DNA of 64,000 nt from assembly GCA_963761335.1 (NCBI GenBank), contig CAVXGR010000013.1, forward strand, positions 192,001 to 256,000, written 5' to 3'. Positions 47,770-57,383 of the stretch are shown here, one piece after another (the stretch's first letter is position 1; every line of letters begins with the position of its first letter). Under the pieces are notes generated by a model. That model ran no database searches, was not told where the DNA came from, and worked only from the letters and a program-made list of their open reading frames with translations. The stretch comes from an uncultured delta proteobacterium (GTDB lineage: Bacteria > Desulfobacterota > Binatia > HRBIN30 > BPIQ01). The position numbers were made by a program, and so were the translations under genes.

Positions 47770-48753
47770 TCAGGACTCCTTGTGAAGATCGACCAGGGCG
47801 TAGCCGTTCGACATCGGCGGAAACGACGTCGTGGTCACCGTGTACAGGCCCTCGATGGTGTCGCCGCCGACCAGCGACAGGGTGAAGACGATCACGTTGG
47901 GGTTTGGCGGCCCGATGTTGTAGCTGAGATTCTCGGCGGTCCGCACGACCATCGTGACCTGACTGCCGCCGACGAAGATGTTGCCGCCGAGGTCGGTGAC
48001 CTGCACTTGGCCACCGGCAACCTCGATCTTGATGCGGGCCGAGTCGTGCACCCCGGTCGTCTGGTTCACCTTACTGCCGCTCCACGTCCCCAACATCGCC
48101 GAGGAGATTCCGGGAGGCACGACGCCCGTCGTCGGCGTGGGATTGCCTCCGCCACCCGGCGTCTCCGTGGAAGTGGGCGTGGGTGTCGGCGGGTTGGGGT
48201 TGCTGCTCGTGGGCGTCACCGTGGGGGCGACGCCGCTGATCGTGCCCGAGTACTGGGCCGAGTTGAGCGCCAGCGTCATGCTCCCGCCGCCGGGGAACAA
48301 CGGCAGGATGCCGCTGAGGTCGACTTGCACCGGCTGCCCCTGGTCGTCGGTGAAGTTGCCGTGGACCGAGAACTCGCCGGTCTCTGGATCCACGGTGCCG
48401 GTGAGATTGGCCGTCGCAATGACGGCAGCCGCACGGCCGACGCCGGTGGAACCTGCCGTGGTGAAGAAGCTCACAGTGTTGCCGTCCGAAATGGTGAGCG
48501 TGCCGGTCGCGTCCCCATTGGCCTGCACGCTCAGCTCGACCCGCGCACTCTGGGCGTTCGCCAGGGCCACAGTGCCGGTGTAGTCGCCGGCGATCGCCGG
48601 CGGTGCCGGCGTATTCGTCGCCGCCGGGGGTACGGTTGCAGTCGGCGAGCCTGCCGGGCTGCTGTCGTTTCCGTCGCAGCCCGAGATCACCAACAGGGTC
48701 ATGAGAGCGCATGGCATCAGCCAGGCCCCCAGATTTCGATTCATACGGGTCAT
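47770..48753 (-). CDS. Lipoprotein with two beta-rich domains and Pro/Thr linkers
   Basis: Lipobox ISGC; IAGDYTG and MLGTWSG domain starts; GGAGG RBS. Confidence 0.75.
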   Translation of the reverse strand: MTRMNRNLGAWLMPCALMTLLVISGCDGNDSSPAGSPTATVPPAATNTPAPPAIAGDYTGTVALANAQSARVELSVQANGDATGTLTISDGNTVSFFTTAGSTGVGRAAAVIATANLTGTVDPETGEFSVHGNFTDDQGQPVQVDLSGILPLFPGGGSMTLALNSAQYSGTISGVAPTVTPTSSNPNPPTPTPTSTETPGGGGNPTPTTGVVPPGISSAMLGTWSGSKVNQTTGVHDSARIKIEVAGGQVQVTDLGGNIFVGGSQVTMVVRTAENLSYNIGPPNPNVIVFTLSLVGGDTIEGLYTVTTTSFPPMSNGYALVDLHKES

Positions 48754-48804
48754 CCCCTCCACCTCCAGGGTAGAATTTTTCACTTTAAGGGCGTTCGAAG
48801 GCGA

Positions 48805-48817
48805 TGAACAATGTTCA
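48805..48817. promoter_or_regulatory. Palindromic candidate operator
   Basis: TGAACA-A-TGTTCA ~50 nt upstream of the 48753 start, in an AT-richer spacer. Confidence 0.4.
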
Positions 48818-48884
48818 ACGTCTGGCAACGGGAGGCTGAACGGACGCGAAAAAATGGATGGGCGGATGCGGCGGCCGGGCTGAA

Positions 48885-51800
48885 TCAGAGAGCCCAGTGG
48901 ATCGGTGCGCGGACGTCCGGAACGTAGACGCAGAAGGCGCCGGTCTTGATGGTGGACTCGAGGTAGTGCCCGAGGATGGGGTTGCGGGCGGCGATCCGCT
49001 TGATCACCGACCGGATCGCGCGGGTGACGTTGAGTCGGGCGCGTTCGCCCGCGCTCGACGCCGTACGATCCCGGCCTTGCAGGCCCAGGGCGCGCGCCAG
49101 CTCGCGGGAGAGGAACTCGATCTCGCGCCGCAACGCCGCGGCGCGCTCGATATCGTTGAAGCTGCTCGCCTCGTCGAGCTGCTCGCGCAGGTGGACGAGC
49201 CTCTGCTTGTAAGCTGCCCGGGCCTGCACATCGAGCAACGGCTCGCCTCGCTCGGGATCGGTACTCACGCGCAGGCCGAGCTGCTCGATGTCGTTGGCGC
49301 TCATACCGCCGCCGGCGACTCCGCCCGCGGTCCCCGGATAGGCGTCGGCGGCGAGATCGAGAGCGTGGAACTCTCGCCCCGGCTGCCGCAACAGACAGGC
49401 GATGTAGCGCAAACCCTTGGTGTCCTTGAGGCGGAGGAGAGAGCCGCCGTAGCCGACGGCCCAGTACTCGCCCTCGAGACGGAAGACGCCGGCATGAGAG
49501 TCGCTCTCCACCGCGGGCTCGGAGTCCATGGCCGCGCCGATTCCCGCCGGAGTCACTTTCTGCGGCGCCACTGCCAGCCCGCGCTTGGCGGGAAAGCTCA
49601 AGACTCTTCCTCTTCGGCCGCGTTTCCCCGGCGATGCCTGCTCTTTTTCGCTGTCGGCGCCGGTGATCACGCGGGCCTGCGCGCCACCGCCGTAGGCCCG
49701 CGCCCGCCGGCTTTCGGGATCGGAGGGCGCCGGCGTGGCGGCGGCTTGCGAGATCAAGGCGCGCGCCCGGGTCGCGGTCGGCGGCATGCCCAGCGATTCG
49801 GCTACCGCCAGCGCCTGGGAGGCGAGATCGCGCCCGCGCCGGCCATCGCCGGGGGCATTGCGGCAGAGCAGCATGCGGGCAAAGTCGCACCGCGCCAGGG
49901 CCAGGGCGGGCCCGCCCTCCATCGCCTCGATTCTCTCGAGCGCCGCCTCGAAGCACCGTTCGGCTTCGGCGAAGTCTTTCAGCACCGTGGCCAGAACGGC
50001 GAGGGCGTGCGAGGCGGGTCCGAAGCAGACGCGCATGCCGAAGGAGACGTTGCGATGCTCGCCGTAGCGGAGCAGCTGCTCGCGCAAGAGGGCGGCGCGA
50101 CGAGCGTCGTCGAGATAGGCGCAGACCTGGCTCAGCCAGGGGATCAGGGCCTCGAGGGAATTGACGCGCGCCAGCTGCGCAAAATCGTTGGCGGCCAGCA
50201 GCTCGAGCTCTGCCCGGGCTTGCTCGCGCCGATCCAGATCCATGCACACGAGCGCCCGCATGCAGCGCACCGCCGGCAGGTGCGGCAGCTGGGCAACGGC
50301 GGCTTCAACGAAGGGCTCGAGGACGTCGTAGCGTCCTTGCAGGCGGTGGAGGACGAAGAGCTGCGCCCGGACGTTGCCGGCGGCATTGGCGTCCTGGACG
50401 CGTTCGGCAATTCGCAGGGCCTGCTCGGCAACTGCTTCGACCTCGGCGAAGCGTCCCCGCCACAGCGCGTGCATGGCGCGGAGGTTGGCGGCCCCGCAGA
50501 GATAACGCGGCTGCCGCAGCTCCTCGGCGAGCCGCGTGCATTTGGCCACCTCTTGCTCCCAGCTCCCGGTGGCCCCCATCTCGACCAGATCGAGCAGGCG
50601 CCAGGTCTGAGATTGAATGGCCATGTCGCCGTCGCCCGCCTGCTCGGCCAGGCGCAGCGCCTCGTCGGCCACCGCCATTCTCTCGGCGACATCGGGAGAG
50701 CTCCATAGGGCGAAGTGACGCGCGTTGACGGCGTAGGCGAGGGTGGCCGGGTCACCGAGCCGGTGGGCGATGTCGACGGCCTCCTTGCTCAGCTCGGCGC
50801 GTCGTTGGGCGGCATCGGAGAAGTAGAGCTCGACCGCGAGCCGGGCGAGCACCAGGGCGCGCAAGCGGCTGTCCCGCCGTTCGAGCTGGCGCAGGGCTTC
50901 CTCGAGCAGCTTCACCAGCGCGTGATCGACCACGCCGCCCACCGGCAAGCCGAGCCCGGCGCCGCCGAAGCCGAGCGCGGCGCGCGCGAAGGCCTCGCGG
51001 GCATCCAGCCTTCTGGCGATCTCGGCGGCGGCGGAAAGGGTGGCGCGGGAGTCGGCGGTGTGCCAGGCGCGCGCCTGTGCTTCGCCGAGGGCCAGCAGCA
51101 GGTCGAGGCGCTCGGATTCCCGCGGCGACTCCCGCAGCGCCAGCACCTGGAGCGCCTGCTCGTACCAGTGGGCAGCCTCCTCGTGGGCCAACAGCGTCGC
51201 GGCCTGGCGGCCGGCGCGCACGGCATAGGTAATGGCCCGCTCGACTCCACCGCCCGCCGCGGCCTGCAGGAGGTGATGGGCAACCTCGGTCAGGACCGAT
51301 TCCGGATGATCGCCGTGGACAACCTCGAGGGCTTCGGCCACCCGCGCGTGCAGCTCGACCCGCTGGGACAGGGGCAAATCCTCGTACAGGGTCTCGCGAA
51401 TCAACGCGTGGGTGAAGCTGTAACGCCCGAGCTCGCTCGGCAGCCTGGTGACGATGCCCGCTGCGGCGGCCTCGGTGACGGCATCGAGCAAATCCGCGGG
51501 CGCCAGCGAGCTCGTTCTCTGCAGGCAGGCGAGCTCGAAGTCGCGGCCGACGACGGCGGCAATCTCGAGCGCCCGGTGACAGCGCGCCGAGAGCGGGCGC
51601 AGGCGCTCCCGGGTAGCCTCGCGAACTCCGTGCGGTATGCGCAGCCCCGAGAGCTCGGTGCGCCCCTCGGAGACCAAGAGCCGCACGATCTCGTCGACAA
51701 AGAAGGGGTTGCCGTCGGTGGCGCGATACACGGTGGCCACCAGGCCCGGCGACGGCTTCAGCCCGAAGACGCGCTCCATGAAGTGGCGCACGTCCTCCTC

Positions 51801-52553
51801 CGACCAGCCGCCGAGCGGCAGGCGGCTGCCGTTGCGGGCGATGGTCCCGAGAATCTTCCCGAGCTCCGGTTGCCGCTGCACCTCGACGTCGCGATAGGTG
51901 CCGATCACCAGGACGCGGGCAGCCACCAGCTCGCGTGCCAGGAACTGCAGCAGCAGTAGGGACGGCTCGTCGGCGGCCTGAAGATCGTCGAGGATCAGCA
52001 CCAGGGGCTGCGTGCCCGCGACGTTCTTGAGAAAGGTGACCGCGGCGTCGAAGAGGGGAAAGCGCGCGTGCTCGGAGTCGATCGGCGAGGGCGCCGGTGA
52101 CTGTGGCAGGTCGGGCAGGGTCTCGCGCAGCTCGGGAAGCAGCTGCGCCAGGCGGGCTGCTCCCGATCCGAGATGACGGCGAAGCGCCGCCGCATCGAGC
52201 CCGGGCAGCAGCGCGCGGATCGCCTGGATCCAGGGCCAGTAGGCCGGGGCGCCGCCGCCTTCCCAACAACGTCCCCACAGGACCAGCGCGCCGCTCCCGG
52301 CAGCCGCTGCCGCCAGCTCCTCGGCCAGTCGCGTCTTGCCGATGCCGGGCTCGCCAGCCACGAGAAACAGCCGGCCGCGCCCGCCGGCCGCTTCGAGTAA
52401 CCCCGCTTGCAGCTCGCTGAGCTCGCGCTCGCGGCCCACGAACAATCGCGCCGTCCGCGTCCCGGAGCCCCCGCCACTGTCGCGCGTCACTACTGTTCGT
52501 CCCTCGTTTTCTGTGACGGGCCGGCGCACCCGTCCGTGCTTAGGTGCCTTCAT
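48885..52553 (-). CDS. STAND/AAA_16 ATPase transcriptional regulator with TPR region and C-terminal putative DNA-binding domain
   Basis: FVGREREL, GEPGIGKT Walker A, LILDDLQAAD Walker B, GNPFF, FTHALIRE; C-terminal FRLEGEYW..KGLRYIA..ERARLNVTRAI; the start may be GTG at 52490. Confidence 0.88.
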   Translation of the reverse strand: MKAPKHGRVRRPVTENEGRTVVTRDSGGGSGTRTARLFVGRERELSELQAGLLEAAGGRGRLFLVAGEPGIGKTRLAEELAAAAAGSGALVLWGRCWEGGGAPAYWPWIQAIRALLPGLDAAALRRHLGSGAARLAQLLPELRETLPDLPQSPAPSPIDSEHARFPLFDAAVTFLKNVAGTQPLVLILDDLQAADEPSLLLLQFLARELVAARVLVIGTYRDVEVQRQPELGKILGTIARNGSRLPLGGWSEEDVRHFMERVFGLKPSPGLVATVYRATDGNPFFVDEIVRLLVSEGRTELSGLRIPHGVREATRERLRPLSARCHRALEIAAVVGRDFELACLQRTSSLAPADLLDAVTEAAAAGIVTRLPSELGRYSFTHALIRETLYEDLPLSQRVELHARVAEALEVVHGDHPESVLTEVAHHLLQAAAGGGVERAITYAVRAGRQAATLLAHEEAAHWYEQALQVLALRESPRESERLDLLLALGEAQARAWHTADSRATLSAAAEIARRLDAREAFARAALGFGGAGLGLPVGGVVDHALVKLLEEALRQLERRDSRLRALVLARLAVELYFSDAAQRRAELSKEAVDIAHRLGDPATLAYAVNARHFALWSSPDVAERMAVADEALRLAEQAGDGDMAIQSQTWRLLDLVEMGATGSWEQEVAKCTRLAEELRQPRYLCGAANLRAMHALWRGRFAEVEAVAEQALRIAERVQDANAAGNVRAQLFVLHRLQGRYDVLEPFVEAAVAQLPHLPAVRCMRALVCMDLDRREQARAELELLAANDFAQLARVNSLEALIPWLSQVCAYLDDARRAALLREQLLRYGEHRNVSFGMRVCFGPASHALAVLATVLKDFAEAERCFEAALERIEAMEGGPALALARCDFARMLLCRNAPGDGRRGRDLASQALAVAESLGMPPTATRARALISQAAATPAPSDPESRRARAYGGGAQARVITGADSEKEQASPGKRGRRGRVLSFPAKRGLAVAPQKVTPAGIGAAMDSEPAVESDSHAGVFRLEGEYWAVGYGGSLLRLKDTKGLRYIACLLRQPGREFHALDLAADAYPGTAGGVAGGGMSANDIEQLGLRVSTDPERGEPLLDVQARAAYKQRLVHLREQLDEASSFNDIERAAALRREIEFLSRELARALGLQGRDRTASSAGERARLNVTRAIRSVIKRIAARNPILGHYLESTIKTGAFCVYVPDVRAPIHWAL

Positions 52554-53219
52554 CGGGCCCTCGGGTCAAGTCGGAACCCGCCGCCCGTGGTTGTGCGAGG
52601 CGCCGATGACCGCCAAGCAGCTCAGACATCAACGGCAAGAAATGGTTCTCGCCTTCGAGAAGCATCGAAGCATCTGCAACACGTGAGCTTCCGCAGCGGC
52701 GGCCGCGATCTCATGGCAGAGATTATGCTGCTCCGCACAAGCGGATCGGCAGGCCTCACGCCGCGCGCGCCTCGGAGCACGGAAGCCCGGCGGCGGACGG
52801 CGTGACTCAGCGTCCAGGAGGGGTAACGGCAATGTGGTTCCCACTCGACCCGAGGTGGAGAAGAGCCTCCGGCGGTCGTGCTTGCGCAGCCCGCGCACCG
52901 CCCACTCGCGGCACTCGCACCTGGACCCGATGACGCCATCATCTTCCAGGGGAGGTGCCTTATGAAACGAGAGCTCGCTGGTGAGGAGAAGCTCACCCGC
53001 CGAGAGGCGCTGGAACCCTTGGATGCTGCGGCTCGGCCTCGGCATCGGTGCTCTGGCCGTGTTGCTGTCCGGCCGCAAGGCTGCTTCGCCGGCTGGGGAG
53101 ACATGCCAGGTTTCGGCTCCTCCGGAACAACTCAGAAGGCAACAGCTGGCACTGCGAGTACTGCGGACACCGATTCCAGGATCACTGGTGAGCCGCTGAT
53201 TCCCGCAAGGAGGTGAAAA

Positions 53220-53700
53220 ATGCGTAGCGTTGGCGTTGAGAGGACGAGGGTGGTGGAGAACGCGACGCGCCTCGCAGCCACTGCAAGCGCGCTCGCACTG
53301 GCCACTCTCCTGTCGTCCCCATGTCTCGCGGGCTCCGATGTCCGCCCGTTCGGCGGCACCTGGTACGGTACCGAGACATTCGGTGGGCAAGTCGTTGAGT
53401 CTGATGACCGTGGGCCCAGACGGAACCTGCGTGATGAGAACAGGGAATCCGCCGTACATCTTCTTCCAATCGGGTCATCTGATTGTGAGCGGAAACCGGG
53501 TCACCTTTCCGGTGGAGGATTGGGCGCCTAAGCAGGACCCCTCGGGAAGGCCAGGATCCAAACCCCCTTCCGGAACCTGCTTCTACGAGTTCCCGTCGCC
53601 CGATACCCTGCTCATCAGTCTCTGGATCTCCGCAGCGTGTCGACGTGGCACAAGCGGTGACCCGCGAGGCGGCGAATGCAGCCGGAGAGCGGGAGCAGTG
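53220..53700 (+). pseudogene. Frameshifted secreted beta-barrel-like protein
   Basis: AGGAGG RBS, signal peptide and FGGTWYG in one frame; the plausible continuation LMTVGPDGT..SGHLIVSGNRVTF is in another frame from ~53400; end approximate. Confidence 0.45.
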
Positions 53701-53781
53701 CTCCCGTTCTCCGCAAGGGACAGGGTGCCATGGGTAGTGTCTAATTGCCGATCCGACCTTCCTGTTGTGCTTCCCCGGCTC

Positions 53782-53936
53782 GGGGAAAGGTCTCCTCTCC
53801 CGCATTCTTTTCCGCGGGGAGAGGATCAAGGTGAGGGGTCCTTTTCTCACTGAAAGTCTATGATTTCTGCGACGTTCAAAGAGATCGGCACCCTCACCCT
53901 TGCCCTCTCCCGCGAGAAGATGCGGGAGAGGGGACC
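53782..53936. repeat. Pair of inverted REP-like palindromes (CCCTCACCC..CCTCTCCC..GGGAGAGG type)
   Basis: ctcctctcccgc..gcggggagaggatcaaggtgagggg (~53792-53838) and its inverse ccctcacccttgccctctcccgc..gcgggagagggg (~53891-53933). Confidence 0.8.
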
Positions 53937-54303
53937 CGCGCTCGCACCGTCGTGAAGACAACAGCAGTCGTTGTCAGTGGGGGATGTTCCCCGACTTGGG
54001 ACAGTACTCAGCCATGAGCCTTGCCGCCGCCAAGCAGACGATGAAAATGAGGCCAGGGGATCTGCCCCGGCAAAATTGGAGGTTCTCCCCGGGGCGATAC
54101 GCCTCCACGCCAAGCACCGGAGCGTCCTCTTTCCGTGAGTTCGCCGACGCATCGTGTGCGAGTCCCGCATGAGACCCTTCGAGATACGTCATCGAAAAAA
54201 TTGTTGCGCCTCGCGAAAGGGCCGGTGTAGAGTCGCAGCTCTTAGCGGACTTGTTGAGGGGCGTCTTCGCCTCGGATCGCAACTTTGTCACGGATGGAGC
54301 CTC

Positions 54304-56085
54304 ATGATGCAGGCGTGTCGCGATGTACGGGTACTGCGCACCATTTTGATCGCGCCGTCACGGTACGATGGCCGCCGGGTAGCGGTGTTTCGTTGGGGAA
54401 TGGGCCCCAACGGCGCGCTCGGTGCGCTGGCGGGTCTCGCCGAGGACTACAACCGGCGCCACGCCGGGCGCTCACAGATCGACTACGAGTTCTTCGACGA
54501 GTACGTGCGCCGCGCCGTCACCCCGAAGCTTCTGCGCCGCTGGCGCGATGCCGCAGTCGCCCGGGGACAGCGGTTCGTCATCATGCTCTGCGGGGTGCAG
54601 ACGTCGACGTATGCGCGTGCCCGCGACATTGCCCTGATGGCGCGCCGCGAGGACATCGAGGTGATCGCCGGAGGTGTTCACCTCTCCGGCCACGGCCCCT
54701 CGGTGGACTTCCTGGTTTCCTGCGGCGTTCACGTGGCCATTGGCGAGGTTGAGCCGATCTGGGACGAGATCATCGGCGACGCTCTGGAGGGGCGACTGCA
54801 GAGCCTCTACCGGATCGCCAAGCACCAGGGCATCGAGGTCAAGACGGCGACCTCCTACATGACGGCCCCCGACATCACCGCGGTTCCGTATCCGCACATC
54901 CCGCGGCGTCACTCGCGCCGCTACGTCAACCCGTGGCAGCTGTCGATCGATGGCTCGCGCGGCTGTCCCTTTCTCTGCACCTTCTGCGTCGTCAAGAACG
55001 TCTTCGGGCGCACCGTCAGAAGTCGCGACCCCGTGCAGCTCGCGGCTTGGATGGTCGAGCGCGTCCGGCGCGACGGCATCCGCGCCTTCTGGTTCACCGA
55101 CGACAACTTCGCCCGCAATGCGCGCCACACCGAGCTGCTCGAGCAGCTGGCCGCCGCCCGCGCCCAGGGGTTGGAGTTCTCCCTGTCGCTGATTCTCGAC
55201 GTCGAGGCCACCTGCTACGCCGACGATCCGTCGGAGCGCGGCGAGCGGACGCGCCGGTTCCTCGAGCTCTGCAAGGCCGCGGGCGTCGCCCACGTCTACA
55301 TCGGCTTGGAGAGCACCAACGACGCCGTTCTCCGGGAGATGCGCAAGGGGGTCAACCGCGACCGCGACGAGATCCACGGCGCCGGCGGTGATGCCGGCGC
55401 CGAGCTGGCTCGCCAGCGGCTGGTGAAGCGCTATCGCACCGCCGTCGGCGCCTGGCACGGCATCGGGGCGGCGGTGGAGTGCGGCTACATTCTCGGCTTC
55501 GAGGCCGACGCCCGAGGAGCCGGCGCGCAGGCGGCACGCGACATGGTCGAGATCGGCGTCGACATCACCGCCTTCTACCTGCTCGCCCCGCTTCCCGGCT
55601 CCGAGGACTATGCCCGCGCCGTCGCCGAGGGCAGTCTGATCACCGAGGACGTCAACGAGTACTTCCGCGACCGGGCGATGATGAAGCATCCGCGCCTCAG
55701 CCCGGCGGAGCTGGAGGAGGAGTTCAGAGCCGCCGTGCAGCTGTTCTGGAGCTGGCCGAACCTGGCGCGGCGCATCGGCGCGCACGTCCTCGGCCTCGGC
55801 GGCGCCCGCGCCAGGACTCCCTGGAGCTACTTGAAACGGCAGCTCGGCTGCAAGCTGATGGTGGACACCGGCATGCTCACCTACATCGGCGCCGGGCTGA
55901 TGCGCCGCCGCAAGGGACTCTGCGGAAGTCGCGAGGTCATCGGCGACGAGGACGCCCGCCATCACTACCTGGGCGGCGCCACGGTGGCGTCGCCGCTTCC
56001 GGCGATCCTGCGGGACGACACGCAGATGGAGTCGCTGCCGGTGCTGATACGCCGGCGCCCGGAAGCCGCCCGCGCCCAAGCTTGA
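54304..56085 (+). CDS. Radical SAM protein with N-terminal cobalamin-binding-like domain (class B-like)
   Basis: IAGGVH, GEVE, SRGCPFLCTFC, TDDNF, IGLES, GYILGF, PLPGS; start uncertain. Confidence 0.85.
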   Translation: MMQACRDVRVLRTILIAPSRYDGRRVAVFRWGMGPNGALGALAGLAEDYNRRHAGRSQIDYEFFDEYVRRAVTPKLLRRWRDAAVARGQRFVIMLCGVQTSTYARARDIALMARREDIEVIAGGVHLSGHGPSVDFLVSCGVHVAIGEVEPIWDEIIGDALEGRLQSLYRIAKHQGIEVKTATSYMTAPDITAVPYPHIPRRHSRRYVNPWQLSIDGSRGCPFLCTFCVVKNVFGRTVRSRDPVQLAAWMVERVRRDGIRAFWFTDDNFARNARHTELLEQLAAARAQGLEFSLSLILDVEATCYADDPSERGERTRRFLELCKAAGVAHVYIGLESTNDAVLREMRKGVNRDRDEIHGAGGDAGAELARQRLVKRYRTAVGAWHGIGAAVECGYILGFEADARGAGAQAARDMVEIGVDITAFYLLAPLPGSEDYARAVAEGSLITEDVNEYFRDRAMMKHPRLSPAELEEEFRAAVQLFWSWPNLARRIGAHVLGLGGARARTPWSYLKRQLGCKLMVDTGMLTYIGAGLMRRRKGLCGSREVIGDEDARHHYLGGATVASPLPAILRDDTQMESLPVLIRRRPEAARAQA

Positions 56086-56086
56086 G

Positions 56087-57277
56087 CTAGCCCGCGTGCG
56101 CGGCGCGGGCTTCCGCAGCCGGCTGAGAGTCATCGGCGACGTCAATGACTCCCGCGAGACCGTATTTTTGCGGGCCGACGTACTTCAGATTGCAGCAGCC
56201 GTTGCAGCCCGGGTAGATGCGGTCGCGCTGCACCGATCGCCGGAAGGCGCGGAAACGCTCGCCGTTCCACACTTCCTCGATCGGCTGGCGGCGCATGTCG
56301 CCGGTAGCGGCGTAGTGGCACATGGGCGCATAGCGCCCGTCCGCAGCGACGGCGAGCCGGCTCCAGGTCCCTTCGCAAACGTACTCGGCCGGATCGAGAG
56401 CCCGCCCGGGGGTATAGTGGCGCACGAACTCCTCAACCGGCACATGCGGCGTCAGGCGGATCTGCACGCCGAGCTCGCGCTCCAGCTCGTAGCAGCGGAT
56501 CAGCTGCCGTCGCAGGAAGTCGGGGTCGACTCCCTCGGGCGCGCGCTGGGCGCGCCGCAGATGGTCGAGCTCGCCGCCCGCGGCGTTGGCGACCAGGTCG
56601 TGCTCGGCGAGAAAGTTGATCAGGTCGACGCCCAGGCGCTTCCCCAGGCGCACGAAGTCCACCATCGACGAGACGGTGTCGCGGGTCACCACCAGCTTGA
56701 GATCGAGCTTGGGGAATGACCTCCGCGCCTGCCGCCGCGCCCGCACCATGTGCTCCATCCCCTGCACGGCGCGCCGCCAGCTCCCCGGGCGCTGTACGAC
56801 GCGATCGTGGACCGCCTCGTCCCCCTGCAGGCTCACCTCCACCAGCACCAGCCCGTTCTGCCACACCCGCCGCGGTGCCAGGTCGACATACGCCAGCGCC
56901 ACCTCCTCGCTGACGAGAGCGCCGTTGGTGATCACGTGGGTGCGGTGCTGTCGCCCGGCGTGCGCCAGCAGCTCCGGAAAGTCGCGGCGCACCAGCGTCT
57001 CGCCGCCGGCGAAGGTGATCAGACGGCCGCGCGGCAGCTCGTCGATGCGCCGCTTGAGATCCTCCAGCCCGATGTCGCGCGGCGAAGGTCCGAAAGGCTG
57101 CGCCTTCCCCTCGATGATATCCAGGTACTGGCAGAAGTTGCAGCGCAGGTTGCAGCGGTAGGTGACCTCCATGAGCATGTGGATCGGAAGGAAGGCGCGC
57201 CCGTCCCGCCACAGGAGCCGCGGAATGGTCGCGTGCGCCTCGAAGAACTTCTGCAGCAGCCAGCTCAGGTTCACCAT
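56087..57277 (-). CDS. Radical SAM/SPASM(Twitch) enzyme, paralogue C
   Basis: MVNLSW.., CNLRCNFC, GGE, CEGTW..MC..WNG..CNGCC. Confidence 0.92.
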   Translation of the reverse strand: MVNLSWLLQKFFEAHATIPRLLWRDGRAFLPIHMLMEVTYRCNLRCNFCQYLDIIEGKAQPFGPSPRDIGLEDLKRRIDELPRGRLITFAGGETLVRRDFPELLAHAGRQHRTHVITNGALVSEEVALAYVDLAPRRVWQNGLVLVEVSLQGDEAVHDRVVQRPGSWRRAVQGMEHMVRARRQARRSFPKLDLKLVVTRDTVSSMVDFVRLGKRLGVDLINFLAEHDLVANAAGGELDHLRRAQRAPEGVDPDFLRRQLIRCYELERELGVQIRLTPHVPVEEFVRHYTPGRALDPAEYVCEGTWSRLAVAADGRYAPMCHYAATGDMRRQPIEEVWNGERFRAFRRSVQRDRIYPGCNGCCNLKYVGPQKYGLAGVIDVADDSQPAAEARAAHAG

Positions 57278-57383
57278 CGGCTTCAGACCCGCAATGTTTG
57301 GATTCGGGGTCACTCTCGCTCGGCGCCGGGTCTTCAGTCAATCGATTCTTGCTTTCCCCACAGGCCGTGGATACGGTGCGGCG

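Noticed and set aside
48754..50247. Extension of the 47770 ORF to 825 aa
   Set aside because: Out-of-frame overlap with the STAND gene; the RBS and lipoprotein signal place the start at 48753.
53950..54303. Cobalamin or c-di-GMP riboswitch upstream of the class B-like radical SAM
   Set aside because: Consensus elements were not recognisable by eye; an Infernal scan is needed to exclude it fully.
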